Part shown: positions 54,243-64,000 of the stretch, piece after piece | Numbering within the stretch: position 1 is the first letter of the stretch | Layout: every line of letters begins with the position of its first letter | Assembly: GCA_964394925.1 (NCBI GenBank) | Contig: CAYMZG010000002.1 | Span: forward strand, 109,738 to 173,737 | Direction: 5' to 3' | DNA length: 64,000 nt | Origin: an uncultured Candidatus Saccharibacteria bacterium | Lineage (GTDB): Bacteria > Patescibacteriota > Saccharimonadia > Saccharimonadales > CAYLGV01 | Made by a program: the position numbers and the translations under genes | The notes under the pieces: generated by a model | What the model saw: the letters and a program-made list of their open reading frames with translations, nothing else | Databases searched by the model: none | Told to the model about the DNA's origin: nothing

Positions 54243-54617
54243 CTATTTCTTTTTGGCAGGGGCTTTTTTAGCTGCAGGTTTCTTAGCAGGAGCCTTCTTG
54301 GCAGCCGTCTTTTTTGGTGCTGCCTTGGTGGCAGTTGTTTTCTTCGCAGCCGACTTCTTAGCAGGAGCACTTTTCACGCCCGCTGCCTTAGCAGCTTTTG
54401 CAAGTTGACGCTTTTTACGAGCAACCTTGTTCTTGTGCATTACGCCTTTTTTACCGGCTTTGTCGAGGGCACTTTGGGCTTCTGAGTGGCTGGCACCAGT
54501 CAAACTAGACTGAAAAGACTTAAGAGCACTCTTGAGCGAGCGCTTTGTCTTAACGTTTCGAACGGTCGCTTTGCGCGAGACGCGGACGCGTTTTTTAGCT
54601 GATTTAATGATAGGCAT
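54243..54617 (-). CDS. rpsT: 30S ribosomal protein S20 with Lys/Ala/Pro-rich C-terminal extension
   Basis: MPIIKSAKKRVRVSRKATVRN... followed by a ~50-aa AKKPAAKK-type tail. Confidence 0.9.
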   Translation of the reverse strand: MPIIKSAKKRVRVSRKATVRNVKTKRSLKSALKSFQSSLTGASHSEAQSALDKAGKKGVMHKNKVARKKRQLAKAAKAAGVKSAPAKKSAAKKTTATKAAPKKTAAKKAPAKKPAAKKAPAKKK

Positions 54618-54785
54618 GATAGTGAATCCTTTTTGCTTATGCTTGTTTTACCTTCGCACCTGAATGTATCATCTGATGCGTCTCTTGTAAATACCACAGC
54701 GAGTTTTTGCTTGCTATTCGCTTATGATTATGGTACGCTCTACGTCAGAGGTTATTAAAACAAAAACTCTAAAAAACAAATAAAT

Positions 54786-56783
54786 ATGGACGCCCAAAAG
54801 CAACAGGCAATTGAACGGCTACAAACCGCTAACAACATTCTTGTTACCGTAAGTCGTGACCCCTCAGTCGACCAACTGTCGGCTGCGATCGGTATTACAG
54901 TTTTACTAAATAAACTCGGCAAGCATGCCACGGCTGTTTATAGTGGCAAGACACCAAGCACTATTGAGTTCTTGCAGCCCGAGAAGACCATCGAAAAAAA
55001 CACCGATTCTTTGCGCGATTTCATTATTGCTCTTGATAAGTCCAAAGCAGACAAGCTTCGTTATAAAGTCGAAGACCAAATGGTGAAGATCTTCATAACC
55101 CCATACCGCACCTCAATTAGTGATAAAGATCTCGAGTATAGCCAAGGTGATTTCAATGTCGAAGTTGTGCTGGCGCTCGGCGTGGTTCGTCAACAAGATC
55201 TTGACCAAGCCATTACTGCCCACGGTCGAATTCTTCACGACGCGACTGTTATTGGAGTGACCACACAAGCTGGTGAGGAAGCTCTCGGCAGTATTAACTG
55301 GGTAGATACCGCGGCAAGCAGTCTGTCTGAAATGATGACGCATTTGGGCTTGGCGCTCGACAACAACATTTTAGATGAACAAACAGCGACCGCATTACTT
55401 ACAGGAATTGTGGCCGAAACGGAGCGTTTCAGTAACCAAAAGACCACCTCAGAGACGATGCAGGCCAGCGCTAAGCTCATGGAAGCTGGCGCCAACCAAC
55501 AACTTGTAGCCAGTGAGTTAGCAGCACCGGCAAAGCAAAGTCCACCCGCTTCGGATGACACTTCAACAGAGGGCGATGCAACCTCACATGGCGAAGGCGG
55601 CACCGCCCAAGCTGACGGCTCGCTTGTTATTGAACATGAACCAGGTGAATTACCGCCAGAACAGCCAGCTGCTGATGAGATCCAATTACCTGAACCCGAA
55701 GATGCACCAGAAGTGGAGCAAATTAACATCGACTACGACGGTCAAATTAAAACCGATAGCCCACAAGATGCTCCGCAAAATGCATCAGTGGAGCCACCAA
55801 AAGGCGACGATCAAAGCGGCGATGCCTCGCTGAAAGGTAGTTCACGACTTGTTTTACAGCCGCCAACGCTCGGTGGGCAGCTAACAGCTAACAGCAAGCC
55901 CGAAGAGCTTGATCCGGCAATTGATCCAATGGCTCCAGCCTTACCACGGCCACTTTTGCGCCACGACGCATCAAGTAGTGTAGACGCGACCAATGCTGCA
56001 AGTGATCAGCATACGGCGCCGCCAAGTGCTGACACCCCTTCCACTCAAGATGCACCAGATAATAAAGTCACACCAGAACCAAATGATACCCTGACCGATC
56101 TTGAAAAACTGGTCTCGAGCCCGCATATTAGTCCGATTAACAAGCCAGCTGATGAGCCTACGCCAGCTGAGCCGGAGCCACCAAAGAGTCCCGATCCTCT
56201 GATGCCGCCATCCGTCGAAAAACCCGCATCAAGTGAGCCCCAAGTTGATAATCAGCCTCCACAATTTGAAAATCCCGCAGCGCCGCCTGCACCAATCGAA
56301 CCACCCACCAATGTACATTCGGCACGTGACGCAGTTGATCAAGCGGTTAATAGTGCAGATGCACCTTCACGCCCACTCGAGCCCGTCCAGAGTCTAAATG
56401 CCATGCCAGTTGACCTGGATCTAGGTGATATTCCAGCAGTTAATACCTCACCAGCTTCAGCTTTTGCCGATCCATCGGCTAACGTTCCTCCCGAGCCAGC
56501 ACATGAAGACTCAGACAACACAACAACATCGAGTGATTCAACTAGCCAAGGTCAAGATATGGTGCAGGAAATGCACGTTGCTTCAGATCCAGACCTACCC
56601 CCAGGGCTTATTACCAATGAGCCAGTAGATGTGACGGCCGCGCCGAACCCGAATGCAACATCATCACCAACGGTTGCACCACAAGGTCTGCCACCGCAGG
56701 TGCCACCCCCAATGATGCCGCCAAACTTTGGTTCACCGCAGAGTAACGGTGCCCCACAACCAGCATCACCACCCACACCGTAG
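54786..56783 (+). CDS. hypothetical protein: ~240-aa NrnA/DHH-like-looking N-domain (motifs degenerate) plus ~400-aa Pro/Ala/Asp-rich disordered region
   Basis: The N-terminal spacing (ILVTVSRDPSVDQLSAAIG...LNKLGK) recalls DHH motif I but lacks the His/Asp residues. The rest is low complexity. Confidence 0.4.
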   Translation: MDAQKQQAIERLQTANNILVTVSRDPSVDQLSAAIGITVLLNKLGKHATAVYSGKTPSTIEFLQPEKTIEKNTDSLRDFIIALDKSKADKLRYKVEDQMVKIFITPYRTSISDKDLEYSQGDFNVEVVLALGVVRQQDLDQAITAHGRILHDATVIGVTTQAGEEALGSINWVDTAASSLSEMMTHLGLALDNNILDEQTATALLTGIVAETERFSNQKTTSETMQASAKLMEAGANQQLVASELAAPAKQSPPASDDTSTEGDATSHGEGGTAQADGSLVIEHEPGELPPEQPAADEIQLPEPEDAPEVEQINIDYDGQIKTDSPQDAPQNASVEPPKGDDQSGDASLKGSSRLVLQPPTLGGQLTANSKPEELDPAIDPMAPALPRPLLRHDASSSVDATNAASDQHTAPPSADTPSTQDAPDNKVTPEPNDTLTDLEKLVSSPHISPINKPADEPTPAEPEPPKSPDPLMPPSVEKPASSEPQVDNQPPQFENPAAPPAPIEPPTNVHSARDAVDQAVNSADAPSRPLEPVQSLNAMPVDLDLGDIPAVNTSPASAFADPSANVPPEPAHEDSDNTTTSSDSTSQGQDMVQEMHVASDPDLPPGLITNEPVDVTAAPNPNATSSPTVAPQGLPPQVPPPMMPPNFGSPQSNGAPQPASPPTP

Positions 56784-56819
56784 GCCAATTACAGTCCGAA
56801 AAAGGTATAATGGTCCATC

Positions 56820-57488
56820 ATGGACGGATTACTATTAGTTGATAAACCCTCAGGTTGGACGTCATTTGACGTGGTAGCTAAGGTGAGAGGTGTCGTAAAG
56901 CAGCAAACAGGACAAAAAAAGCCTAAAGTTGGCCATACGGGCACGCTTGACCCTTTGGCCACGGGTTTGTTGGTGCTTACTATTGGTGGCTACTGCAAAC
57001 GAGCCCAGGAGTTCTCCAAACTCGACAAAGTGTACGAAGTAACCATGAAGTTAGGTCAAACCAGTACCACGGGCGATGAAGAAGGCGAGAAAAGCCCAGG
57101 CTCGTTGTATGAGCCTTCAACAGAGGAAATAACCGATGTCCTGGCAGCTTTTACGGGTGAGATTATGCAAACGCCGCCGGCTTTTTCAGCTATCAAAGTG
57201 GATGGCAAACGGGCCTATGAACTAGCTAGAGCGGGCAAAGAGGTGAAACTTGAGCCACGACGGGTCCACATTTATGAAATATCCAATGTCTCGTATGAAT
57301 ATCCAGAGGTGAAGTTCACGGCAAAGGTCTCGAGCGGCACCTATATTCGGTCGCTCGTACAAGACATTGGCACTCGTTTGGGGACTGGTGCTTACATGAG
57401 TGCCCTGAAACGCACCGAGGTAGGCGATTTTAAGCTGGCCAACGCCCAGGAGCCAACAGTATTAGATTTCTCAAAACTCCTTGCGTAA
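56820..57488 (+). CDS. truB: tRNA pseudouridine(55) synthase
   Basis: GHTGTLDPLATGLLVL catalytic motif. Confidence 0.93.
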   Translation: MDGLLLVDKPSGWTSFDVVAKVRGVVKQQTGQKKPKVGHTGTLDPLATGLLVLTIGGYCKRAQEFSKLDKVYEVTMKLGQTSTTGDEEGEKSPGSLYEPSTEEITDVLAAFTGEIMQTPPAFSAIKVDGKRAYELARAGKEVKLEPRRVHIYEISNVSYEYPEVKFTAKVSSGTYIRSLVQDIGTRLGTGAYMSALKRTEVGDFKLANAQEPTVLDFSKLLA

Positions 57489-57555
57489 CAGAGGCAGCTG
57501 TGGTACTATGTTGCCAACGCCATCATTCTCTTAACAACAGATTCATAGGAGTTAC

Positions 57556-57822
57556 ATGATTTCAACAGAGAAGAAGCAGAAGATCGTTGCTGATCTTCAA
57601 ACCAACAAGAAGGATACCGGTTCACCTCAAGTGCAGGTTGGTATTCTAACTGAGCGCATCAAGGAATTGACTGAGCACCTAAAAGTTAACAAGCATGACT
57701 TTATGGCTCGTCGCGGTTTGCTACAAGCTGTAGGCAAGCGCAAGCGACTGCTCAAATATTTGGCTAGCCAAGACGCCAAAGCTTACCTGGAATTGACACA
57801 AAAACTTGGCCTGCGCAAATAA
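57556..57822 (+). CDS. rpsO: 30S ribosomal protein S15
   Basis: TGSPQVQVGILTERIKELTEHLKVNKHDFMARRGL. Confidence 0.95.
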   Translation: MISTEKKQKIVADLQTNKKDTGSPQVQVGILTERIKELTEHLKVNKHDFMARRGLLQAVGKRKRLLKYLASQDAKAYLELTQKLGLRK

Positions 57823-57990
57823 TTTGCATAGACTATGACCCCGCTGAACAAAAAGGGGTCCAAGCTTGTGCACATTAACTAAAATTGACGTTTTGCCCGC
57901 AAGGCACAGATATACACCGGTCCGTAATAAGCACAAGAGGCTGTATATTTGAACCCTGCGGGTAACACGGAATAAGGAGATTCGCCCCAA
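57823..57990 (+). promoter_or_regulatory. structured rpsO-pnp intergenic leader
   Basis: Hairpin GACCCC-12 nt-GGGGTC at 57837-57860. A second long-range pairing is CCCGCA...TGCGGG with internal ACAGATATACA/TGTATAT. AAGGAG RBS precedes pnp. The layout parallels the rpsO-pnp leader known in other bacteria. Confidence 0.4.
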
Positions 57991-60123
57991 ATGGCAACTA
58001 TTAATCCTTACGGTAAAGATATTATTAAAGTTGAGACCGAGCTCTGTGGCCGACCGTTGACCATGGAGGTTAACCGCGTTGGTTTTCGTACCAGTGCCAG
58101 CGTTTTGGTTACCTATGGTGACACGGTTGTACTCGGAACAGCCATGGTTGGTAAAACGCCAATCGCCGGCATGGACTACTTTCCACTCAGCATTGATTAT
58201 GAAGAAAAGTTTTATGCAGCTGGTAAAATCAGCGGCTCACGTTTTATTAAGCGCGAAGGTCGCCCATCTGACGACGCTATTCTGATTGGTCGTCTGATTG
58301 ACCGCCCCATTCGCCCACTGTGGCCAAAAGGTTATCGGCATGAAGTACAGGGTGTGGCTACGGTTCTGAGTATGGACCCAACCTTCCGCCCGGATATGAT
58401 CGCCATGATTGCGCTGTCGACAGCCTTTATGCTAACTGGTGCACCATTCGATGGCCCAGTGGCTGGACTACGCATTGGCTTGGTGAACGGCAAGCTCAAG
58501 GCGTTCGCTACACCAGAAGAACTGGCCGAAGGTCCACTTGACCTGGTTGTTGCAGGCACCAAAGACGCTATCATCATGGTTGAAGCTGGCGCTAACGAGG
58601 TGACTGAAGAACAGATTGTTGAAGGTTTGGAATTTGCTCACGCTGCTATGCAGCCTGCAATTAAGGCTCAAGAAGAGTTGGTTGCCAAAATCGGTGTCAC
58701 CAAGCAAGAATACGAACTTACATTACCTGATGAAGACATCCAGAAGCGTGTCGACACCTGGCTGGAAGGCAAGCTTGGCCAAAACATTCGTGCACCATAC
58801 CCAGAACGCAATGTGTTGGTTGAAGAACTGCGTGAGCAGATGCACGAACACTTTGCCGAGGAGCTTGGCGAAGAAGGCTATGCCGAAAACAAGAACGAGT
58901 TTAATGATGCGTTCACCATGTCAGTTCACAAAGACGTACGAAAGGGCATTGTAGAAGACAACTTGCGCCCCGATGGCCGCAAGCTTAATGAAGTTCGGCC
59001 ACTTAGCTCTGAGATTGGCTTCTTGCCAAGAGCTCATGGTTCAAGCATCTTTACCCGTGGCATGACCCAGGCTATGAACATCGTTACGATTGCCCCTGAG
59101 TCATTTGCGCAGCTCCTCGACACCATGGAACGAAACGATGACCAAAAGCGCTACATGCACCACTACAACGCTCCAGGTTGGACCGTTGGTGAGGTTCGTC
59201 GCCTCGGTAGTCCAGGTCGCCGTGAAATCGGTCACAGCGCGCTTGCAGAACGCGCCTTACAAGCCGTTATTCCAGATTCAGACGTGTTTCCATACGCCAT
59301 TCGTTCCGTAACTGAGATCATGAGCCAAAACGGTTCAACCAGTATGGCTGCAACGTGCTCGAGCTGTTTGGCTCTCATGGACGCTGGTGTCCCATTAAAG
59401 GCTCCTGTGAGCGGTATTGCTATGGGACTTATGATGGACGGCGACAAGCCATATGTGCTTACTGACATTGCTGACGCTGAAGACTTCGCTGGCGATATGG
59501 ACTTTAAGGTAGCTGGTACCAGCAAGGGTATTACTGCGCTTCAAATGGACATGAAGGTGCACGGCTTACCAGTTAAGATCTTGAAGCAAGCCCTTGTAGA
59601 AGGTAAGGTTGGCCGCGCGCATATACTCGAGCACATGCTCAGCACCATTAAGGAGCCAAAGGCAGAACTGAGCCCATACGCACCGCGTGTTGAATCTATT
59701 AAGATTAACCCCGACAAGATTCGTGAAATCATTGGCAAGGGTGGTGAAACCATCCAGAAGATTACTGCCGAGACCAACACCCAAATCGACATTAAAGACG
59801 ATGGCACGGTCATGATTGCCAGCCCAGACGGGGACAGCATCAAGGCTGCCATGCAGTGGATTCAATCCATTGTTGAAGAGCCCGAAGTTGGCAAGATCTA
59901 CGTTGATGCACCAGTGGTGAGCGTGATGGACTTTGGGGCGTTCGTACAGATTCTGCCAGGCAAAGATGGCCTTGTACACGTTTCAGAAATGAGCGAAGAG
60001 CGCGTTAACAAACCAAGTGATGTTGTTAAAGAAGGCGACAAAGTTACTGTAAAGCTCGTTGCTATCGATGAACGCGGCCGTTTGCAGCTCAGCATGAAGC
60101 AAGTTGCTCGCGAGAAGAAGTAA
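57991..60123 (+). CDS. pnp: polyribonucleotide nucleotidyltransferase
   Basis: Two RNase PH domains, then KH ([15 protein letters not shown]) and S1 domains. 710 aa. Confidence 0.96.
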   Translation: MATINPYGKDIIKVETELCGRPLTMEVNRVGFRTSASVLVTYGDTVVLGTAMVGKTPIAGMDYFPLSIDYEEKFYAAGKISGSRFIKREGRPSDDAILIGRLIDRPIRPLWPKGYRHEVQGVATVLSMDPTFRPDMIAMIALSTAFMLTGAPFDGPVAGLRIGLVNGKLKAFATPEELAEGPLDLVVAGTKDAIIMVEAGANEVTEEQIVEGLEFAHAAMQPAIKAQEELVAKIGVTKQEYELTLPDEDIQKRVDTWLEGKLGQNIRAPYPERNVLVEELREQMHEHFAEELGEEGYAENKNEFNDAFTMSVHKDVRKGIVEDNLRPDGRKLNEVRPLSSEIGFLPRAHGSSIFTRGMTQAMNIVTIAPESFAQLLDTMERNDDQKRYMHHYNAPGWTVGEVRRLGSPGRREIGHSALAERALQAVIPDSDVFPYAIRSVTEIMSQNGSTSMAATCSSCLALMDAGVPLKAPVSGIAMGLMMDGDKPYVLTDIADAEDFAGDMDFKVAGTSKGITALQMDMKVHGLPVKILKQALVEGKVGRAHILEHMLSTIKEPKAELSPYAPRVESIKINPDKIREIIGKGGETIQKITAETNTQIDIKDDGTVMIASPDGDSIKAAMQWIQSIVEEPEVGKIYVDAPVVSVMDFGAFVQILPGKDGLVHVSEMSEERVNKPSDVVKEGDKVTVKLVAIDERGRLQLSMKQVAREKK

Positions 60124-60141
60124 ATAAGAGAGAATTAGAGC

Positions 60142-60333
60142 ATGACGAGCCTCCATACGCCAGATCAGTTTAAAACCAAACCAGCCCGTATTACTGCAGG
60201 TGTGATTGGTCTGATTTTGGCGTATCTGCTCGGCTCGCGTGGCCTAGACACAGGCAGTTGGTGGCAATACCTTGGCACGTTTTTGCTGCTTGCATTAAGT
60301 ATCCGTTTATTTGTTAAGGCATCACATGAGTAA
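60142..60333 (+). CDS. small two-TM membrane protein
   Basis: 63-aa ORF with two hydrophobic helices. Confidence 0.45.
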   Translation: MTSLHTPDQFKTKPARITAGVIGLILAYLLGSRGLDTGSWWQYLGTFLLLALSIRLFVKASHE

Positions 60334-60730
60334 GATCCTAGATTATCTCAAGGTATTCTTCATGTTCGAAGAACCAGCCGTCTATGAAGCAACAGAGTAC
60401 AAAGATTACGACGGTCTTGGTTTTTCGCGTTATAAGTCTTCTGACTACTTCCTTCGGGGTGGCAAGCTCTCGAGCTCATATACCAAGCGGGAAGTGGCCG
60501 CCTTCTCGGAAATGACAAAGTTGGCACTGCTTACTGGTATGACAATTCTGACATTTATGGTTTTATGGTTTGACTACATTGTCATTGACTACACGATATT
60601 TAGCCGTGACTGGCACGGTGTTGTTGTTCTGGTAGGTTTTATTGGCTTATTACCGCTTAACACTATGGTTGTGTCATTTTGGCCGAGAGTGGTTTTTATT
60701 CTTAAGAATTTCAAGGTCATGAACGGATGA
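60326..60730 (+). CDS. hypothetical membrane protein
   Basis: ATG 60326 overlaps the upstream stop by 8 nt. Two or three TM helices. Confidence 0.45.
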   Translation: MSKILDYLKVFFMFEEPAVYEATEYKDYDGLGFSRYKSSDYFLRGGKLSSSYTKREVAAFSEMTKLALLTGMTILTFMVLWFDYIVIDYTIFSRDWHGVVVLVGFIGLLPLNTMVVSFWPRVVFILKNFKVMNG

Positions 60731-61296
60731 ATTCAACGAGTAAGCAACAGCAACTCAACGACCTGGCGCTGCAGATAAAAGATCAAAAGGTCTGTCCCGA
60801 TCTAGCCGAACAGGCAACCCAACTAGTATTTGGTACAGGCAATCCAGATGCCGACATTGTGCTTATTGGCGAGGCGCCGGGCAAGAACGAGGATCTTACT
60901 GGTGAGCCATTCGTCGGTGCAGCTGGTAAGTTCTTGAATGAGATGCTCGCTACGATCAACCTCAAACGAGAGGACATCTATATTACGAATATCGTGAAGT
61001 ATCGGCCACCTAATAATCGAGACCCATTACCCGAAGAAAAGGAGTCATTTTTACCATTCCTGCAACAGCAACTTAACATTATCGAACCAAAATTAATCGT
61101 GACGCTGGGACGGCACAGCATGGATAGCTTGCTCCCTGGCCTCAAGATTAGCGAGGTGCATGGTAAGCCGAAGCGTTATAACGGGCGCGTGTACTTGCCA
61201 CTGTTTCACCCCGCAGCGGCCTTATATAACGGGGGACTCCGTCAGACCTTACTTGACGACTTTTCAAACATCCCCAACATTTTAGAAAAAATTTAA
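60727..61296 (+). CDS. uracil-DNA glycosylase, family 4
   Basis: GEAPGKNEDLTGEPFVGAAG motif and HPAA near the C-terminus. Confidence 0.85.
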   Translation: MNSTSKQQQLNDLALQIKDQKVCPDLAEQATQLVFGTGNPDADIVLIGEAPGKNEDLTGEPFVGAAGKFLNEMLATINLKREDIYITNIVKYRPPNNRDPLPEEKESFLPFLQQQLNIIEPKLIVTLGRHSMDSLLPGLKISEVHGKPKRYNGRVYLPLFHPAAALYNGGLRQTLLDDFSNIPNILEKI

Positions 61297-61326
61297 TTCT
61301 CTCTTTAAAAGACAGAAAGGATTTAT

Positions 61327-63531
61327 ATGCAACCAAATCAACCAGCTAAGGGCAGAGTCCCGAAAGCTAACAATAAGCCTGCTGGCCAGCCACAGAACCG
61401 TGGCCGTAATGGTCAGGGCAAACCGGGGCAGAAGCCTCAAAACAACAAATCGAACAATAATAACGGTGGCAACGGCAATAGTGGCAACCGCGGTGGCGGT
61501 GTTTCGCGCGGGGCGGCTATCCGTGCCCAAAAACGCGCCCAAGAAGATGCCAACCGTCTACTTAACCAGTACGTTGACACAACACCACAGCCCGAAGCTC
61601 CAAAGCAGCGGGCTAACTTCATTGACGATAGCCCGCGCCTAAAGATTATTGGTCTCGGCGGCATGGACGGCGGTGGTTCAAAGAACATGATCCTCGTGGA
61701 ATACATGAATGACGCTGTGATCATTGATGCTGGTAATGACCTCGGCGTGGACCTGCCAGGTATTAACTACGGCATCTGTGATACGACCTATGTCGAAAGC
61801 ATTCGGCATAAACTTCGTGGCTACATTATTACGCACGGACACCTTGATCACATCGGTGGCTTGCCACATATTGTGCCCAAATTCCCGGCACCAATTTACG
61901 GTTCCAAGTTCACGATTGGCCGTGTCGAAGAAATCTTCGAGAACTTTGGTCTGCCAATGCCCGATGGCTTTGAGCTTCGAACTATTACCATGAACGAAAA
62001 CACACACGAACGTCTTAAGGTTGGTGCATTCTTCGTTGAACTGGTACGCGTAACACACTCTATCCCCGGTAGTACGGTTGTCGTGCTTGACACACCAGTT
62101 GGACGTATCATTAACACTGGTGACTTCCGTCTCGACCCTAACCCACTCGACCACGAGCGAACCGACACTGAGCGCTTAATTGAGCTTGGAAACGAAGGTG
62201 TCCTGGCATTACTTAGCGAAAGCACCACCGTAGAACGCGAAGGCCGCACACCATCAGAGTCAACCATTGAGCAAAGCTTCAAAGACATCATGGACCAGGC
62301 TCCTGGTCGTATCTTTGTTGGTTTGTTCAGTACAAATATGAACCGCGTCCAGATGATTATTAACGCTGCCGTTCACCACGGTAAAAAAGTTGCCATGGAT
62401 GGACGTAGCATGATCAGCACCCTCGAAATGGCTGTGCGCCATGGTTTTGTACGCGTGCCAAAGGGTACATTTGTGCCAATCGCGGCTGTACCAACCATGA
62501 AGGACCAAGACGTAGTGGTGGTCTGTACGGGTTCGCAGGGTGAACCAAACTCAGCTCTTATGAAGATGTCGAGCGGTGACCACCGCCACATTAAGCTCAA
62601 AGAGCAAGACACGGTTATCTTAAGTTCCACACCTATCCCCGAGTCGGGCAATGACATGCTAATCGGTGCTATGGTCGACGACCTAACGCGTAAGCACGTA
62701 CACGTCTTTGAACACCGTAATCACGACCTTGATGGTGTAGGGCCACTACACGTTTCTGGTCACGCTAGCCGCGACGAATACGCCGAGATGATTCAAATGA
62801 CCAAGCCAAAGTACTTTATCCCCGTTTATGGTGCCTTCCGTGTCAAGCAACGCCACGTTGAGCTAGCTGTAGAGCAGGGTATCCCACGCGCCAACACGGT
62901 AAATGCCGAGAACGGCGACGTAATAGCACTTACGGGCGACAAGATTGAAATTGCTGGTAAAGTGCCATTCGGTACTGTCTTGGTTGACCAAACAGGGATG
63001 ATCGTAAGCAACGTGGTTATCAAAGACCGCCTCATGCTCTCCGAGGAAGGCCTTGTAGCTGTAGTACTTACCATCGACAAAAAGACGGGCAACCTTATGA
63101 CCAGCCCCGACATTATTAGCCGTGGCTTCATTTATATGCGCGACCAAGAGGAGCTTATGAACCTCTTCCGCACCGAACTTAAGCGTGCCGTGCAGCAACG
63201 CTTTAAGCGCATTGATCTAGACCGTTTTAAGGCTGAACTTAAGGATCATGTTACACACTTCTTGTTTGAGCACACTGGCGGTAGTCCGATTGTTATACCG
63301 GTTGTAAATGTCATCAGTGGTGGTGCTAAACAAGCAGCCCAAGGTGCCCAGGCTCAGAACGGTCAAAATGGTGCCGGCAAGGGTGCTTCGAATGCAAACA
63401 AGGCCAATGGTAAGGAGAAGCTCCAAGAGGCGGTGCTCGAGCCGACGCCTGAACAAATTGCTGCTGAGCAGCAAAAACGTTTTGAAGAAATGCGTGCCCG
63501 TTTGCTTGGTCAGGATGCCCGAGTCGACTAG
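61327..63531 (+). CDS. rnj: ribonuclease J with basic Asn/Gly-rich N-terminal and Ala/Gln-rich C-terminal extensions
   Basis: Metallo-beta-lactamase motif THGHLDHIGG, beta-CASP region, HVSGHASRDE. Confidence 0.9.
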   Translation: MQPNQPAKGRVPKANNKPAGQPQNRGRNGQGKPGQKPQNNKSNNNNGGNGNSGNRGGGVSRGAAIRAQKRAQEDANRLLNQYVDTTPQPEAPKQRANFIDDSPRLKIIGLGGMDGGGSKNMILVEYMNDAVIIDAGNDLGVDLPGINYGICDTTYVESIRHKLRGYIITHGHLDHIGGLPHIVPKFPAPIYGSKFTIGRVEEIFENFGLPMPDGFELRTITMNENTHERLKVGAFFVELVRVTHSIPGSTVVVLDTPVGRIINTGDFRLDPNPLDHERTDTERLIELGNEGVLALLSESTTVEREGRTPSESTIEQSFKDIMDQAPGRIFVGLFSTNMNRVQMIINAAVHHGKKVAMDGRSMISTLEMAVRHGFVRVPKGTFVPIAAVPTMKDQDVVVVCTGSQGEPNSALMKMSSGDHRHIKLKEQDTVILSSTPIPESGNDMLIGAMVDDLTRKHVHVFEHRNHDLDGVGPLHVSGHASRDEYAEMIQMTKPKYFIPVYGAFRVKQRHVELAVEQGIPRANTVNAENGDVIALTGDKIEIAGKVPFGTVLVDQTGMIVSNVVIKDRLMLSEEGLVAVVLTIDKKTGNLMTSPDIISRGFIYMRDQEELMNLFRTELKRAVQQRFKRIDLDRFKAELKDHVTHFLFEHTGGSPIVIPVVNVISGGAKQAAQGAQAQNGQNGAGKGASNANKANGKEKLQEAVLEPTPEQIAAEQQKRFEEMRARLLGQDARVD

Positions 63532-63658
63532 CTACAAATTATTTCTACAGAATTTAATCTAGAAATTACAAGACTTATTGTAAGCGTATTGACAAATATG
63601 CAAATGTTTGCTGGAATAGTATTACTTTTCAACAAAAAGAAATAACTAGCAAAAAACT

Positions 63659-63817
63659 ATGTCACTACGCAAACAAACTATCAAAGAAAAGATTGTTCAG
63701 AAGTTCAACGATATTATCGGCGAACCTCCACTCGACTCATATAGCCGCAAGCTTGAGGCTAAATACAATGCTGAGGTTGCAGCCGTGGTGGTTCCTACCG
63801 ATTTTGATGAGCTCTAA
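63659..63817 (+). CDS. possible 52-aa small protein
   Basis: ATG 63659 in an AT-rich intergenic region. Composition is protein-like (MSLRKQTIKEKIVQKF...). No RBS seen. Confidence 0.3.
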   Translation: MSLRKQTIKEKIVQKFNDIIGEPPLDSYSRKLEAKYNAEVAAVVVPTDFDEL

Positions 63818-63892
63818 GTTGCCCTAAGACATTATTGTTATGCTATAATAAAGATCTAGTATGAAGTACATGCTAGACACTAAGCAAACAGG

Positions 63893-63922
63893 AAACCTCT
63901 CCCAAGGGAGAGGTTTTTTCTT
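63893..63922 (+). terminator. intrinsic terminator
   Basis: Stem CCTCTCCC / GGGAGAGG with loop AA, followed by TTTTTTCTTT. Confidence 0.7.
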
Positions 63923-63943
63923 TGCAAATAATAAGGAGGGCCC

Positions 63944-64000
63944 ATGTATACAGAAGGTAAGTTGCTACGAGTAGAGCGGCCGCGTGAAGCACAGCTTACA
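63944..64000 (+). CDS. 5' end of an unidentified CDS running off the window
   Basis: ATG 63944 preceded by AAGGAGGG. Only 19 codons are visible. Confidence 0.4.
   Translation, partial: MYTEGKLLRVERPREAQLT

Noticed and set aside
63841-63922. Possible small RNA from a TGCTATAAT-like -10 element (about 63841-63849) to the terminator at 63893-63922.
   Set aside because: I found no convincing -35 element, and the spacing is uncertain. The terminator may simply end the transcript of the 52-aa ORF, so this is too weak to list as a feature.

Overview
The window has two compositional domains. Bases 1 to about 9,362 are high-GC, actinobacterial-style accessory DNA. They carry a 5'-truncated ISL3 transposase, a lower-GC three-gene insert, a divergent type II restriction-modification pair, and several orphan or HTH genes. 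The insert encodes a QueC-like PP-loop enzyme, a membrane protein with a CorA/DUF155-like two-TM tail, and a convergent heme-oxygenase-like iron enzyme. Within under 50 bp the composition drops to roughly half G+C (judged by eye, not computed). From there to the end the content is a streamlined core-gene chromosome that I infer to be Saccharibacteria/CPR-like. It includes tRNA-Ser(CGA), valS, tsaD, murE, groES/groEL, a CarS-like/PHP/CDP-alcohol-transferase lipid operon, argS, mscL, orn, dnaG, rpoD, polA, mutM, holA, rpsT, truB, rpsO, pnp and RNase J, plus many small membrane or hypothetical genes. There are three leading candidates for new biology. (1) The QueC-like plus membrane-protein cassette at 1158-3902 sits in a defence-island context. 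(2) A four-copy intergenic element (30.9, 34.8, 38.5 and 47.9 kb) has a conserved core of about 66 nt at the tip of long, locus-specific hairpin arms. The arms can include the 3' end of the neighbouring CDS, their non-Watson-Crick positions are mostly G.U in the core-sense strand, and the core carries a Cheo/LexA-type GAAC-N4-GTTC box. (3) The high-GC/low-GC junction lies beside a tRNA-Ser that has a duplicated 3' end, which indicates either host-to-epibiont transfer or an assembly chimera. Smaller observations are a Tyr/Phe-rich leader ORF with terminator and antiterminator upstream of phhA, a T-box-like leader upstream of valS, an msrB remnant coupled to a capA-like gene, a DnaG lacking all four zinc ligands, and an S20 with a histone-H1-like tail. 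No CRISPR array or rRNA was seen. All homology calls rest on motif recognition by eye; no searches were run.
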